Below are positions 37,328 through 46,734 of a stretch of 64,000 nt of DNA, in pieces. The position numbers and the translations under genes are program-made. The notes below the pieces were generated by a model. The model ran no database searches. It saw nothing but the letters and a program-made list of their open reading frames with translations, and was not told the DNA's origin. The first letter of the stretch is position 1. Every line of letters starts with the position of its first letter. This stretch comes from an uncultured archaeon (GTDB lineage: Archaea; Asgardarchaeota; Thorarchaeia; Thorarchaeales; Thorarchaeaceae): assembly GCA_964473825.1 (NCBI GenBank), contig CAYYQL010000002.1:192001-256000 (forward strand), given 5' to 3'.

Positions 37328-38383
37328 CTACAGTAGCTTACCTCTCAGACGTTCCTTGATTGTCCTCACGAGATTAAGTGTTCCCTCTGTGCAGCGTCTT
37401 GGCTCCTGTCCAAGGTCTTCGTATACTGTGACTTCCAATCCTAGTAGTTCCTGAAGCACATTGAGAACGCCATTGCCTAGAACCTCAAGTTCGTAACCGC
37501 CCTCCAGGAAATACAGACATCGCCCTTGACTGAATCTCTTAGCTATGGCCTGAATTCGTCGATTCAATAGCGCAAGTCCTGCAAGAGTGATGCCCAGATT
37601 CGTCAGAGGATCCCGATGATGAGCATCGAAACCTGCAGAAACAAGAACAAACTCGGGTTCATAAATCCCCGCCAAAGGCTCGATGATTTCATCAACTAAC
37701 ACGCTATACGATGGATCTCCCGAACCAGGAACTAAGGGCAGATTCACTGTATAACCCTCTCCCTCGCCAACTCCTAACTCATCACTGAATCCCGAACCGG
37801 GAAAGAGAGTACGACCATGTTGATGAAGCCCAACATAAAGAACTCTGTCTGTGGAGTAGAATGCATTCTGTGTACCATTTCCGTGATGTGCATCATAATC
37901 GATTATCATCACTCGACTCAGATTCCATTTTCGAATGAGACGTATTGCTGCCACAGCTATGTTATTGACGAAACAGAAGCCGAAAGCCTTTTCGAATTCT
38001 GCATGGTGCCCTGGGGGTCTACAGAGAACAAGACCATTCTGACTGGTTTCTTGCATTATGCGGTCAATACCTAACGTTGAAGCACCAGCAGCAAGCATTG
38101 CTGCAACATAGGTATGCTCGTTTGCCATCGTATCTAACGTGAAGTATCCCCCACCAAGTTCGGACTTTTCCCTAAGCATTGAAAGATACTCACGACTATG
38201 AATAGGGTAGATGTCTTCGTGCTCAGCCTGTTCTGGACTGACGATTTGGAGGCCGCATTGGTCAAGCAGTCCTTTGCATCGAAGTAGATTTAGTGTATAG
38301 CGTAGCCGTTCAGGGCGTTCTGGATGACCCGGCGACATGGCGTGTTTCAGAAAGTTCTCATGATAGAGAAGATCTGTCTGCAT
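37328..38383 (-). CDS. Histone deacetylase family protein
   Basis: HPERPERL, RPPGHHA, GFC..NN, DYDAHHGNGTQ, SAGFDAH..DPL and LEGGY motifs. Confidence 0.93.
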   Translation of the reverse strand: MQTDLLYHENFLKHAMSPGHPERPERLRYTLNLLRCKGLLDQCGLQIVSPEQAEHEDIYPIHSREYLSMLREKSELGGGYFTLDTMANEHTYVAAMLAAGASTLGIDRIMQETSQNGLVLCRPPGHHAEFEKAFGFCFVNNIAVAAIRLIRKWNLSRVMIIDYDAHHGNGTQNAFYSTDRVLYVGLHQHGRTLFPGSGFSDELGVGEGEGYTVNLPLVPGSGDPSYSVLVDEIIEPLAGIYEPEFVLVSAGFDAHHRDPLTNLGITLAGLALLNRRIQAIAKRFSQGRCLYFLEGGYELEVLGNGVLNVLQELLGLEVTVYEDLGQEPRRCTEGTLNLVRTIKERLRGKLL

Positions 38384-38476
38384 GGCAACTCTATTCCTTG
38401 ATTGCTTTGTCCTCAAGAAGTAACTGTATTGATACTCATAAGTCTAGATGCTGGACAGCCATACTCAAACTAGAGA

Positions 38477-38496
38477 TTTAGAACACGTGTTCTAAA
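38477..38496. promoter_or_regulatory. Perfect 20-bp palindrome, same family as the oriC-flanking boxes
   Basis: TTTAGAACACGTGTTCTAAA lies in the divergent HDAC / tRNA-Pro promoter region. Confidence 0.55.
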
Positions 38497-38553
38497 CACT
38501 ATGGTTCAGTGATAACCTTTATCTTATGTATGAGATAGGCTGACCACACTCAT

Positions 38554-38692
38554 GGGTCGGTAGTCTAGCTTGGTATGATTCTTGCTTGGGGTGATTCTGG
38601 TCGTGAGGCCAGGCGTCACAGAATGCAAGAGATCGGGCGTTCAAGTACATGTTGGATTTTCCAGTATGTTGAAAATCGCCCCCGGCCCACCA
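38554..38692 (+). tRNA. tRNA-Pro(GGG) with two introns: 37/38 (38592-38623) and 59/60 (38646-38675)
   Basis: GGGTCGG acceptor pairs with CCGGCCC-A-CCA. Spliced anticodon arm CTTGC TTGGGGT GCAAG and T arm GGGCG TTCAAGT CGCCC. The T-loop BHB is TTCA/TGAA with AG|T and AA|T bulges. Confidence 0.9.
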
Positions 38693-38701
38693 TTCTATTT
38701 T

Positions 38702-39277
38702 TCATCCACCATTTTCAATCAACGGCAGTTTCCACACGGTTTCATACACTGCCCCTCTAGGGGTAAGTGTACTCTTCGTCATGCAATACGACTCAACAGT
38801 AATTAGACCTATCTCTTCATCTGACAGATTCTCAATGGTCTCTATCAATGGCCGCCGATTCTGTACACTCTTGACACGGGCAATTGTTGCATGAGGAGTG
38901 AATTTTCTATCCTGACTGTATCCCACTTCTCTTAGTCCTTCATCAACTCTCTTCTTCAGTTCTATCATTTTCTCTCCGTTTTTGGTGACGCCCACCCAGA
39001 TAACACTGGGGCGTGTTATTCTTGGAAAGGCCCCCACCCCGGAAACCTCAATTTCGAAAGGAGGCAGATTAATGGACGAAAGCTTGTCCCTGATCTCCTC
39101 AATCTTCTTCAAGCTAGTATCACCTAGAAACCGTAAGGTGAAATGGATGTTTTCTCTCTCCACCATCTTCACACGAGCAGATCTGACATCTAGGTGCGAT
39201 TGAATTCGAGTAATCCGGTCGAGGAGTGAATCATCATCAATATCAACGCTCAGAAATGCCCTTACTTTTTCTGTCAA
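38702..39277 (-). CDS. thpR: RNA 2',3'-cyclic phosphodiesterase / 2'-5' RNA ligase (2H family)
   Basis: RAFLSVD, HFTLRFLG, PHATIARVK and STLTPRGAVY motifs (two HxT motifs). Confidence 0.93.
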   Translation of the reverse strand: MTEKVRAFLSVDIDDDSLLDRITRIQSHLDVRSARVKMVERENIHFTLRFLGDTSLKKIEEIRDKLSSINLPPFEIEVSGVGAFPRITRPSVIWVGVTKNGEKMIELKKRVDEGLREVGYSQDRKFTPHATIARVKSVQNRRPLIETIENLSDEEIGLITVESYCMTKSTLTPRGAVYETVWKLPLIENGG

Positions 39278-39400
39278 TTTCGCTCATCCATAGGTGCTAT
39301 CTGAAACCCAACTATTCAATCTTTGTTAACAAAACGGAGCTGGACAGAAAGGAACTCTTAAAGCATCAGTTCTAATGAAAGACTTGGTGATAGGAATCAA

Positions 39401-40528
39401 TTGACAAGGCGAAAAGACTCACCAGTTGACCTCCCTACTTCATCTCGCGAATCTTCCAAGAAGCCAAGTCGCCGCCGTGGAAGGGATGTTCCAAACACTC
39501 AACTACTTGTTTTACAGCCAATCGGTTATCCTTTCAGATTAAAGGGAGATCCAAAGGCCATTGGTGTAGAAACCGAAAACACTGAGCTTTTCTCAGACTA
39601 TGCAAGAGAGCAATGGTTAGGCCTTTTCGTACACGAAGGAATGTTTCTCTTTGATAGATATGTAATGCCCGATTTCGCTTTCCAAGCTAAGAGGGTGATT
39701 CCCAATGACTCGATAGTCGCAAAGAGCACAAAAGTACGTCTAGAAAAAGAAGAAACTAGCCCGCCTTCACTATACTCTAAACCTCGGCTGGACGACATTA
39801 TTGGCCATGAAGACGCAAAGCGCAAATGCAGACTTCTCCTCAAGTATTTAGAAGCACCACACAAGTTCGGCGAATGGGCGCCGCGTGCTGTCTTATTTCA
39901 AGGTCCACCGGGTACTGGAAAGACCTTGACTGCGAGGGCCGTTGCAAATGAGGCCGAGGCCGAGATATTCATCGCGAAAGCATCTGACCTAATTGGGGTA
40001 CATGTTGGTGATGGTGGCAGAAGAATCGCCACCTTGTTTGAGAGTGCAAGAGAATCTGCTCCTAGCATAATCTTCATCGACGAATTAGATGCGATAGGTC
40101 TTTCACGGTCTTTTCAGTCCATAAGGGGAGATGTTTCCGAGGTGGTGACTGCACTACTCGGCGAGATGGATCAGACAGTTGAAGAGTCCGGTGTCATTAT
40201 CATCGGAGCGACGAACGCAGTCAATATGATTGATTCTGCACTCAGAAGTAGGTTTGATACTGTATTTGAGTTTGGCCTTCCAGACGAATCAGATAGACTA
40301 GATATTCTTCAACTCTATTCATCGCGCCTCCCCATCAAGATGGAATTCAACATTCGCCAACTTGCAGCTCTAACAGATGGTTTCTCAGGACGAGACCTCC
40401 GTGATCGACTTCTCAAGGAATCATTGCACGTGGCGATCTCTGAGGATTTGGATAAAATTCCCAAGGAAGTAGTTATGGACATACTAAGCAAGCTGAAGAA
40501 GAAGACATCCATTGACTATGCGATTTAG
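39401..40528 (+). CDS. Archaeal AAA+ ATPase (COG1223-like)
   Basis: LQPIGYP, YAREQW.G, DDIIGHE.AKRKC, FGEWAPR.VLF.GPPGTGKT and FIDELDA motifs. Confidence 0.88.
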   Translation: MTRRKDSPVDLPTSSRESSKKPSRRRGRDVPNTQLLVLQPIGYPFRLKGDPKAIGVETENTELFSDYAREQWLGLFVHEGMFLFDRYVMPDFAFQAKRVIPNDSIVAKSTKVRLEKEETSPPSLYSKPRLDDIIGHEDAKRKCRLLLKYLEAPHKFGEWAPRAVLFQGPPGTGKTLTARAVANEAEAEIFIAKASDLIGVHVGDGGRRIATLFESARESAPSIIFIDELDAIGLSRSFQSIRGDVSEVVTALLGEMDQTVEESGVIIIGATNAVNMIDSALRSRFDTVFEFGLPDESDRLDILQLYSSRLPIKMEFNIRQLAALTDGFSGRDLRDRLLKESLHVAISEDLDKIPKEVVMDILSKLKKKTSIDYAI

Positions 40529-40696
40529 TTGCCATCGGGCAAGAGGCGATTACATAACAATGTCGGAGTTTGCCACCGAACGCCCGAGGGAAGCGATATG
40601 CTTCTTGAGGTAAGTCCGTAAATTTGTCAATGATGGTTTATTCAGAGACAAGAGTGATATGCAGTCTATTTCCACACGGAATCTTGGGGCCTTACA

Positions 40697-41242
40697 ATGC
40701 ATATAGTGTTAATTACTGGCATGCCCGGTGCAGGAAAAAGCGAGATAGCCGATAGATTTCGATTCCACAATCAACCAGTAGTTGTCATGGGGGATATCGT
40801 ACGTGAGGTGGCCAAAAAGAGAGGCCTAGAGCCAGATCCCAAGAATACAAGAAGCATCATGCTCGAACTCAGGGCGAATCGTGGACCCGGTGCAGTTGCA
40901 GAGTATTGCTTAGACGAGTTGGAGACTCTCAACTATAGTCTGCTTGTAATTGAGGGATGTCGGAGTATTGCCGAAATGGAGGTCTTTCGAAAAAGAGCAA
41001 CTGAAGTCACCACTATATGCGTCCACGCTTCTCCCAGAACTCGATTTCTCCGTCTAGGAGCTCGAAATCGAAAGGATGCACCAACAGATTGGGAATCCTT
41101 TAGGGAACGTGATATGCGAGAGATAGATGTAGGTCTTGGTGGAGTCATTGCCTTGAGTGACATAATGCTCGTCAATGAAGGAACTAAGGAGGAACTATTT
41201 CAGAAGGTTCAATTCGTAGTAGATAGGTTCGTGAATCCATGA
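40697..41242 (+). CDS. P-loop nucleotide kinase-like protein (UPF0200 / dephospho-CoA kinase-like)
   Basis: ITGMPGAGKS, MGDIVRE, EG.RS.AE and RDMRE...GLGGVIA.SD motifs. Confidence 0.8.
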   Translation: MHIVLITGMPGAGKSEIADRFRFHNQPVVVMGDIVREVAKKRGLEPDPKNTRSIMLELRANRGPGAVAEYCLDELETLNYSLLVIEGCRSIAEMEVFRKRATEVTTICVHASPRTRFLRLGARNRKDAPTDWESFRERDMREIDVGLGGVIALSDIMLVNEGTKEELFQKVQFVVDRFVNP

Positions 41243-41664
41243 TTATTAGTGTACAAGCCCCAGTTTATTCCACCGAGTCAGCAGAAAAGGTGCATGACTG
41301 TCTTTTGCGCCTATTTCCCGACGCGAAATTCACAAGAGAGGAGTTCAATGGTATTTTGATGATTCGAGCCGAATCTGACAAGCGGAAGTCAATCGAGTGG
41401 ATGAGAACGAGAATTCGTGAAATCAGAATAATAGATGCGGTTCGTCGAAGATTAGTGTCTAACTGGAATGGAACTGAAACTTCCATCCTGCTAGACAAAC
41501 AGGCAGCATGTTCTAGCCGCTTTCGAATCCTAGACGATGCAGAAGAGCGTCCCCCACTTGGATGCATTCAAGTGGTATTGAAATTTGAAAACGAGATTGA
41601 GTTTCAGAACACTATGAACTGGCTAGTTCCTCCCACGGAAAACGGGCGGATAGTGCATCCTTAG
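41239..41664 (+). CDS. UPF0201/DUF54 putative RNA-binding protein
   Basis: APVYSTES.EKV..CL..LFP, RIIDAVR, KQAA and PPLG.I motifs. Coupled to the kinase gene. Confidence 0.8.
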   Translation: MIISVQAPVYSTESAEKVHDCLLRLFPDAKFTREEFNGILMIRAESDKRKSIEWMRTRIREIRIIDAVRRRLVSNWNGTETSILLDKQAACSSRFRILDDAEERPPLGCIQVVLKFENEIEFQNTMNWLVPPTENGRIVHP

Positions 41665-42677
41665 ACAACCAGAGAAAATACTTGTCTAGTCAATCCACTA
41701 TGCACTCTCAAATCAATCACGGTTTCAATCATAATGTCTAAGTCACTAATGACATCACGCAACTTCATATCACTACTTGCACACAGACACATTCTTCCTC
41801 CCTTGTCCAGTATTCGGTGCACATCATTTAAGAAGACCTCAACAAGTTTTTCAGCTTGACTTCCTCTGGTTGAGCTTGCTCTTCCATAAGGCGGATCGGT
41901 GACAATACAGTCACAAGAATCCACAGGACAATACCTTGCATCTCCTTGTACAAGGCTAGCTCTTATGCCTGCTTCATCTGCTAGGTTGATTTGTGCACCC
42001 CTCAAGAGCCTCCAGTTTACATCTAATCCTATGCCTCTTGCACCAATGAATACTGCCTCACAGAGAATCCCACCTGCACCACAGAACGGGTCTAATACTA
42101 GGCTATCTGGCATTACTTGAGCAAGGTTGACCATAGCTCTCGCAAGCTTGGCATTCATCATCGAGGGATGGAAAAACTTCTTCCTACCGGGTTCACGAAG
42201 TTCTAACAGTTTTCTCACCTTTGAATTCTGTGAAACCGTGAGCAGTTTTTTCTCCTCAGAGCATATGACTAAGAATAGAATATCAGGGCCTTCTAGTGAA
42301 ACTTCTGCTTGGTTGTGTTTCAGAAGCAGATGGCCAACTTGGGCGGATAGATTGCTAGTTTCTCTTCTCTCTGCCCACTCTCCAAGATGCAGGGCTCTGA
42401 CAGCAAAAGTTTCTGATTCAGGAATCAAGCCTACCAGTTTCTCTTGTGGAATGTCCCCAATCTGATGAAACTCGGCAATCACTCTTCCACTCTTCTTGAC
42501 AAAAGCTGCCCTGTGAAGCAGGAAATCTGTCAGATCAGATTCGAAACGGAACCTTCCTAGTTGTCCTGTCCATTCTACATGTATTCCCTTGCAGTGTATT
42601 TCCAAGAGTGATTCTGTTTCTGCTTTGCCAAGCGGAATGACCTCCCCGGAAACATATACAAAATAGTCCTGAATCAA
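41661..42677 (-). CDS. trm11: tRNA (guanine(10)-N2)-methyltransferase, THUMP + SAM domains
   Basis: FFHPSMM..KLARAMVNLA, LDPFCGAGG and TDPPYGR motifs. Likely TTG start at 42677 (the ORF track gives 42749). Confidence 0.88.
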   Translation of the reverse strand: MIQDYFVYVSGEVIPLGKAETESLLEIHCKGIHVEWTGQLGRFRFESDLTDFLLHRAAFVKKSGRVIAEFHQIGDIPQEKLVGLIPESETFAVRALHLGEWAERRETSNLSAQVGHLLLKHNQAEVSLEGPDILFLVICSEEKKLLTVSQNSKVRKLLELREPGRKKFFHPSMMNAKLARAMVNLAQVMPDSLVLDPFCGAGGILCEAVFIGARGIGLDVNWRLLRGAQINLADEAGIRASLVQGDARYCPVDSCDCIVTDPPYGRASSTRGSQAEKLVEVFLNDVHRILDKGGRMCLCASSDMKLRDVISDLDIMIETVIDLRVHSGLTRQVFSLVV

Positions 42678-42687
42678 TCCAGTAACC

Positions 42688-43452
42688 TCAATCGTATACG
42701 TTATCTCCACCCATGAATAACCGCTGCATGTGACCATAGAGCATATCAAGTCCCATACGCGTTTTTGCGGAAACCGGTGTCAGGCTAGTGGCTCCACCCA
42801 AATCCTCTAGCATGCGAATAATTGACTGGGAATACTCTCTTGTGAGCCCCGAGGCTGAATTGTACAGCGCATCCTCCAACATGAAGGTATCCTCCGACCA
42901 TGTTACGATTTTCTCAATGGTTGCTTCTTCTAGTATGTCACATTTGCTTAGGATGTTTAGCTGAGGGAGATTAAACCGGATTGAAATGGAGAGACCTAAG
43001 AGAGTCGAAGAAAGATAACCCTCTGGTGTTTGTGCAATATTCGAGTCGAGAAGGTATACGGAGAGGGCGGGCTCAGTCCCAGTGAGACCAGTCACAAAAA
43101 GTGGCCCAGAGTTTCGATATGCAAAAAGCTCCATCTGCCCTGGGCAATCAACGATAACATAATCTGTTTCGCGTTCTAGTATATCATCACGGATATCTGG
43201 GAGATACCCGATTGCCATATCCATGGACGCAACCAGCGCTCCATTCGGCCCTAGACCGAACTTAGTAATCACTTCTCCATAGTCAACATATTCTCTAATG
43301 TCAACATCGCTTGTATAGGGTGGAGCATCAACACCAGGATCAAGATTCACAACGGTTGTGCTGATTTCTGTATCCACAAGCCACTTCTCAAGGGCCGCAG
43401 CAAGAAGCGACTTACCGGAGCCAGCAGTTCCAACTAGAAACACCAAGAACAT
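42688..43452 (-). CDS. GPN-loop GTPase
   Basis: GTAGSGKS, VNLDPG, GLGPNGA, DCPGQMELF and SKCD motifs. Confidence 0.95.
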   Translation of the reverse strand: MFLVFLVGTAGSGKSLLAAALEKWLVDTEISTTVVNLDPGVDAPPYTSDVDIREYVDYGEVITKFGLGPNGALVASMDMAIGYLPDIRDDILERETDYVIVDCPGQMELFAYRNSGPLFVTGLTGTEPALSVYLLDSNIAQTPEGYLSSTLLGLSISIRFNLPQLNILSKCDILEEATIEKIVTWSEDTFMLEDALYNSASGLTREYSQSIIRMLEDLGGATSLTPVSAKTRMGLDMLYGHMQRLFMGGDNVYD

Positions 43453-43578
43453 ATCGCTAATCTAGAACACAGAAACACGAGCACTCTTTGAGTCCTTCGG
43501 TCCGGTGAGTAACAAGGGGATATCATTCAAAATTGGGAAAAGACAAGTCTTATCTGTAATACATTCGGGGGTTGAATC

Positions 43579-44322
43579 ATGGAACAGAATGAGGCGCGAA
43601 GACGGCTTGCAGAGGCAATGGCAGGAGAAATCTGTCTTGCTGAAAATAATCCCGGTTCGCTGATGCGACGGTGGCGTGACCATTTCCAAATCTCCCAGAA
43701 GGACTTGGCAGAGCATCTTGACGTTTCTCCTTCAGTAATCAGTGACTATGAGAGCGGTCGAAGGAAGTCGCCTCGTGTGGATACCATAAGACGTTTTGTT
43801 GAGGGTCTGATTGAGATGGATGCAGCAAACGGGGGAAGGATTGCCATGGCTCTTGAGAAGCTCGTAGCTCCAGAAATTGCTTCAGATGCTATTCTTGATA
43901 GCCGAGAATTCGGATTTCCCGTTCCCGCCAGATTACTTGTAGAGAGGCTAGATTGCAAAGTGCTTACTCACAACAGTCTTCTCGATCGGGATATCTGCGG
44001 TTACACTGCACTGGATAGCGTAAAGGCAATAGTATCCCTCACTCCTCAGCAGCTATTGAAACTCTACGGCGGCACAACTCAGCGCGCCGCCATATTGACA
44101 CATGTTTCCACTGGCAGATCTCCAATGGTTGCAATAAAGGCCAGCCAAATCGGAACCTCCATTGCCGTCAAGCCTGCTGTGGTAATCATCCACGGTGTCA
44201 AAGAGCTGGATCCTCTGGCCATAAGAATCGCTGACAGCATCCATATTCCTCTATGCGTATCAGGGATAGAGTCCGCTGATGACTTGGTGCGCGAAATCAG
44301 ATCGTTTAATCCCGTGATGTAA
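43579..44322 (+). CDS. Archaeal XRE-HTH transcriptional regulator (COG1709-like)
   Basis: AGEI...NPG..MRRWR..F.ISQ.DLA..L.VSPSVISDYESGRRKSP and VSTGRSPMVAIK motifs. Confidence 0.88.
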   Translation: MEQNEARRRLAEAMAGEICLAENNPGSLMRRWRDHFQISQKDLAEHLDVSPSVISDYESGRRKSPRVDTIRRFVEGLIEMDAANGGRIAMALEKLVAPEIASDAILDSREFGFPVPARLLVERLDCKVLTHNSLLDRDICGYTALDSVKAIVSLTPQQLLKLYGGTTQRAAILTHVSTGRSPMVAIKASQIGTSIAVKPAVVIIHGVKELDPLAIRIADSIHIPLCVSGIESADDLVREIRSFNPVM

Positions 44323-44327
44323 AGAAT

Positions 44328-45638
44328 ATGAAGGCGTTTCAGATGGAATATTCAATCGAAGTCAACGATCCCATACATGGTTTCGTTGGTTTGACGGAAC
44401 TAGAATCAAAGATAATCGATTCCAGACCATACCAACGACTTAGGAGAATAAAGCAACTCTCCGGTGGCCATTTTGTCTATCCAACCGCCGAGCACACTCG
44501 GTTCGGCCACTGTATCGGCGCGATGTTTCTTGCAGGACTAATGGGAAATCAACTACTCCCCATGATTGACCTAGGAGAAGAAGCATTGCAGGAAATCCGC
44601 GTTGCCGCTCTCTTGCATGACATAGGACATGGCCCTTTCAGCCATGTTTTTGAGGAGGTTCTCGTAGAAAGTCGTAATCTCAATCACGAAGATGTTACCG
44701 AGTGGATTATTCGAGAAAGCGAGATTGGTGACCTACTAGAAGACGCAACTATCTCAAAGGCCCGTGTTGCAGACTTAGTGCGAGGTCGCCGTCTTACAAA
44801 GACTGATGCAATAGTGAGTGGAATTGTGGCGGGCCAAGTCGACGTAGACAAGATGGACTATCTGATTCGTGATTCTTTCTATTGCGGTGTCAGCTATGGT
44901 TTGGTTGATATTCATCGCCTCATCAAGAGTGTAGAGGTTTCAGATGACTATACAATCCAGTTCGATATCGCTGCACGAGGTGCACTAGAGTCTTTCTTGG
45001 TCGCTCGCTATGAGATGTTTCTCAATGTCTACTATCACAAGACAGTACGAAGTGTTGAGGTTATGCTTGTCAAGCTCATGACATCAGCAGACGCTGTTCT
45101 ATCATTAACCGCCTTTGAAGAACCGGAGGACTTCTTGGTTCTCGATGACATCTCTTTAATATCCCGTGTTAGACAATTGGACCCTTCTATATCTCCTGAG
45201 GCTGGAGAAGCAGTCCGGATGGTGAATATGCTCGACTCTCGTACACTTTACAAATCTGCATTCGAGAAGGTGCTTCACACACAAGACAGATTCGTTTCAA
45301 AAATTCTTACGAAGAAAAAAGTTCGAGCCAGTATCGAGGAAGAAATTGCAGAGAGTGCGGATGTTCCAGTAGAAGACGTCATTGTAGATGTTCCTACGTT
45401 ACCATCAGTGCCTTATAATCCACATCAACTAGATCCGATGGAAATTGGCATATTCGAGATAATAGATGGAAAGAAAGTACCGCAGAATCTATCAGATTAT
45501 TCGAATATAGCTGAAATGATGAAGGGCTACTTGGACGTAATCAGAGTATACACTTCGGATGCAAATCGACACAAGGTTGGACGGGCATCTCGCGAAATCT
45601 TCCAAGAGGTGCCTACAGCAGCTTTGATTCATATGTAA
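44328..45638 (+). CDS. HD-domain phosphohydrolase (COG1078, SAMHD1/dNTPase-like)
   Basis: DPIHG, QRLRRIKQL, HTRFGH, LLHDIGHGPFSH, DVDKMDYLIRD and VYYHKT motifs. Confidence 0.92.
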   Translation: MKAFQMEYSIEVNDPIHGFVGLTELESKIIDSRPYQRLRRIKQLSGGHFVYPTAEHTRFGHCIGAMFLAGLMGNQLLPMIDLGEEALQEIRVAALLHDIGHGPFSHVFEEVLVESRNLNHEDVTEWIIRESEIGDLLEDATISKARVADLVRGRRLTKTDAIVSGIVAGQVDVDKMDYLIRDSFYCGVSYGLVDIHRLIKSVEVSDDYTIQFDIAARGALESFLVARYEMFLNVYYHKTVRSVEVMLVKLMTSADAVLSLTAFEEPEDFLVLDDISLISRVRQLDPSISPEAGEAVRMVNMLDSRTLYKSAFEKVLHTQDRFVSKILTKKKVRASIEEEIAESADVPVEDVIVDVPTLPSVPYNPHQLDPMEIGIFEIIDGKKVPQNLSDYSNIAEMMKGYLDVIRVYTSDANRHKVGRASREIFQEVPTAALIHM

Positions 45639-45786
45639 GTAATTAGGCTGCTGCCCACTTCCTCCACTTATTCGTCTGTATTCAAGTTAATGCGATACAG
45701 CATATTCTCTCACGTCCTGTGTGGAGATTAAATAGTATCAGCAAGGATTCTAGGATAGCATACAAATCTCCCCAAGAGGCCATCCG

Positions 45787-46734
45787 ATGAATGATGAACT
45801 GAATGAAACTCTCCAAGACATCAAGATGATAAGTGGAGTTGAGAATGTCGTCCTCGTACAACGTGATGGGCTGCCCGTTGCCAGTGCTGGGGTCTGGTTC
45901 AGCAAGGACGAAGTATTTGCAGTTGCATCATCAACCTGTGCTATCTTTGGGGTGGCACGTCTAGTACATGGGAATTTCAAGTATCTTCTTATGGAATCTG
46001 ATACATCCAAAGTCTTTCTTGCTTCTTTGCCTAACGACGAAAATTACTTCCTCACAATTACAACAGCGCCTAGGGTCAACCTCGCCGCGCTTTTCATTGA
46101 GATGAGGGCTAATCTATCCCAAATCTCGTACTTACTGAGACAGAGTGTGAACGGTCATCTTCCACCACTGAGATCTTACAGCAACAACGAAACACAACAG
46201 ATTCTCCAAGGATTTGCTGTATCTGATGATGTAGCTACATCCTATTCCACCTCTCGATCAATAATATCTCTGGACAGGTCACAAGCATTGACTCTACGAA
46301 GTGTCCTTAGACAGGTACATGATAGTATTCCTGGAGTTGATTCCGTCTTCTTGGCACTAAATGGAGGCGTTAGGGTTTCTTTGAACGGTTTTACGAATGA
46401 TCGGTTAGCTGCCATGTCATTTGCACTACATGACGCATCAGAGAGAGTCGTGAGAACCCTGAGAAATAGCTCACTTCAGACTGTGCTCTGTGAAACTGAT
46501 AAGACACGCCACTTCATCTATTCAGTTCCAAATGGTGTCTTCTCTCTCTGGGTAGACCGAGATAGTCAAAAACTGGGCCTCATGCGTCTGTTACTTAAAC
46601 ACTATATCTCCGAAGCCAGAAGAATCCTAGAAACTGCAACCATACGCCAGCCTTCTATTCCTGATGACCTGAAAGAGCTTCTTCTCTCTGCTGGTCCTGA
46701 GAGAAGTCTTCTGTTTGCGGGGCGAGAACCGTGA
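45787..46734 (+). CDS. Tandem roadblock/LC7 (MglB-like) domain protein
   Basis: Domain 1: L.D...ISGVENVVLVQRDGLPVAS...AVASS. Domain 2: LRQV..SIPGVDSVFLA.NGG...RLAAMS.ALH, ending LGLMRL. Confidence 0.8.
   Translation: MNDELNETLQDIKMISGVENVVLVQRDGLPVASAGVWFSKDEVFAVASSTCAIFGVARLVHGNFKYLLMESDTSKVFLASLPNDENYFLTITTAPRVNLAALFIEMRANLSQISYLLRQSVNGHLPPLRSYSNNETQQILQGFAVSDDVATSYSTSRSIISLDRSQALTLRSVLRQVHDSIPGVDSVFLALNGGVRVSLNGFTNDRLAAMSFALHDASERVVRTLRNSSLQTVLCETDKTRHFIYSVPNGVFSLWVDRDSQKLGLMRLLLKHYISEARRILETATIRQPSIPDDLKELLLSAGPERSLLFAGREP

Noticed and set aside
38575-38806. Short ORFs overlapping tRNA genes (also 19693-20119 and 53737-54038)
   Set aside because: They are spurious frames across intron-containing tRNA genes.
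40529-40620. TCGGGC...GCCCGA stem after the AAA ATPase as an ncRNA
   Set aside because: Short stems only, with no SRP, RNase P or C/D hallmarks. Not supportable without comparative data.
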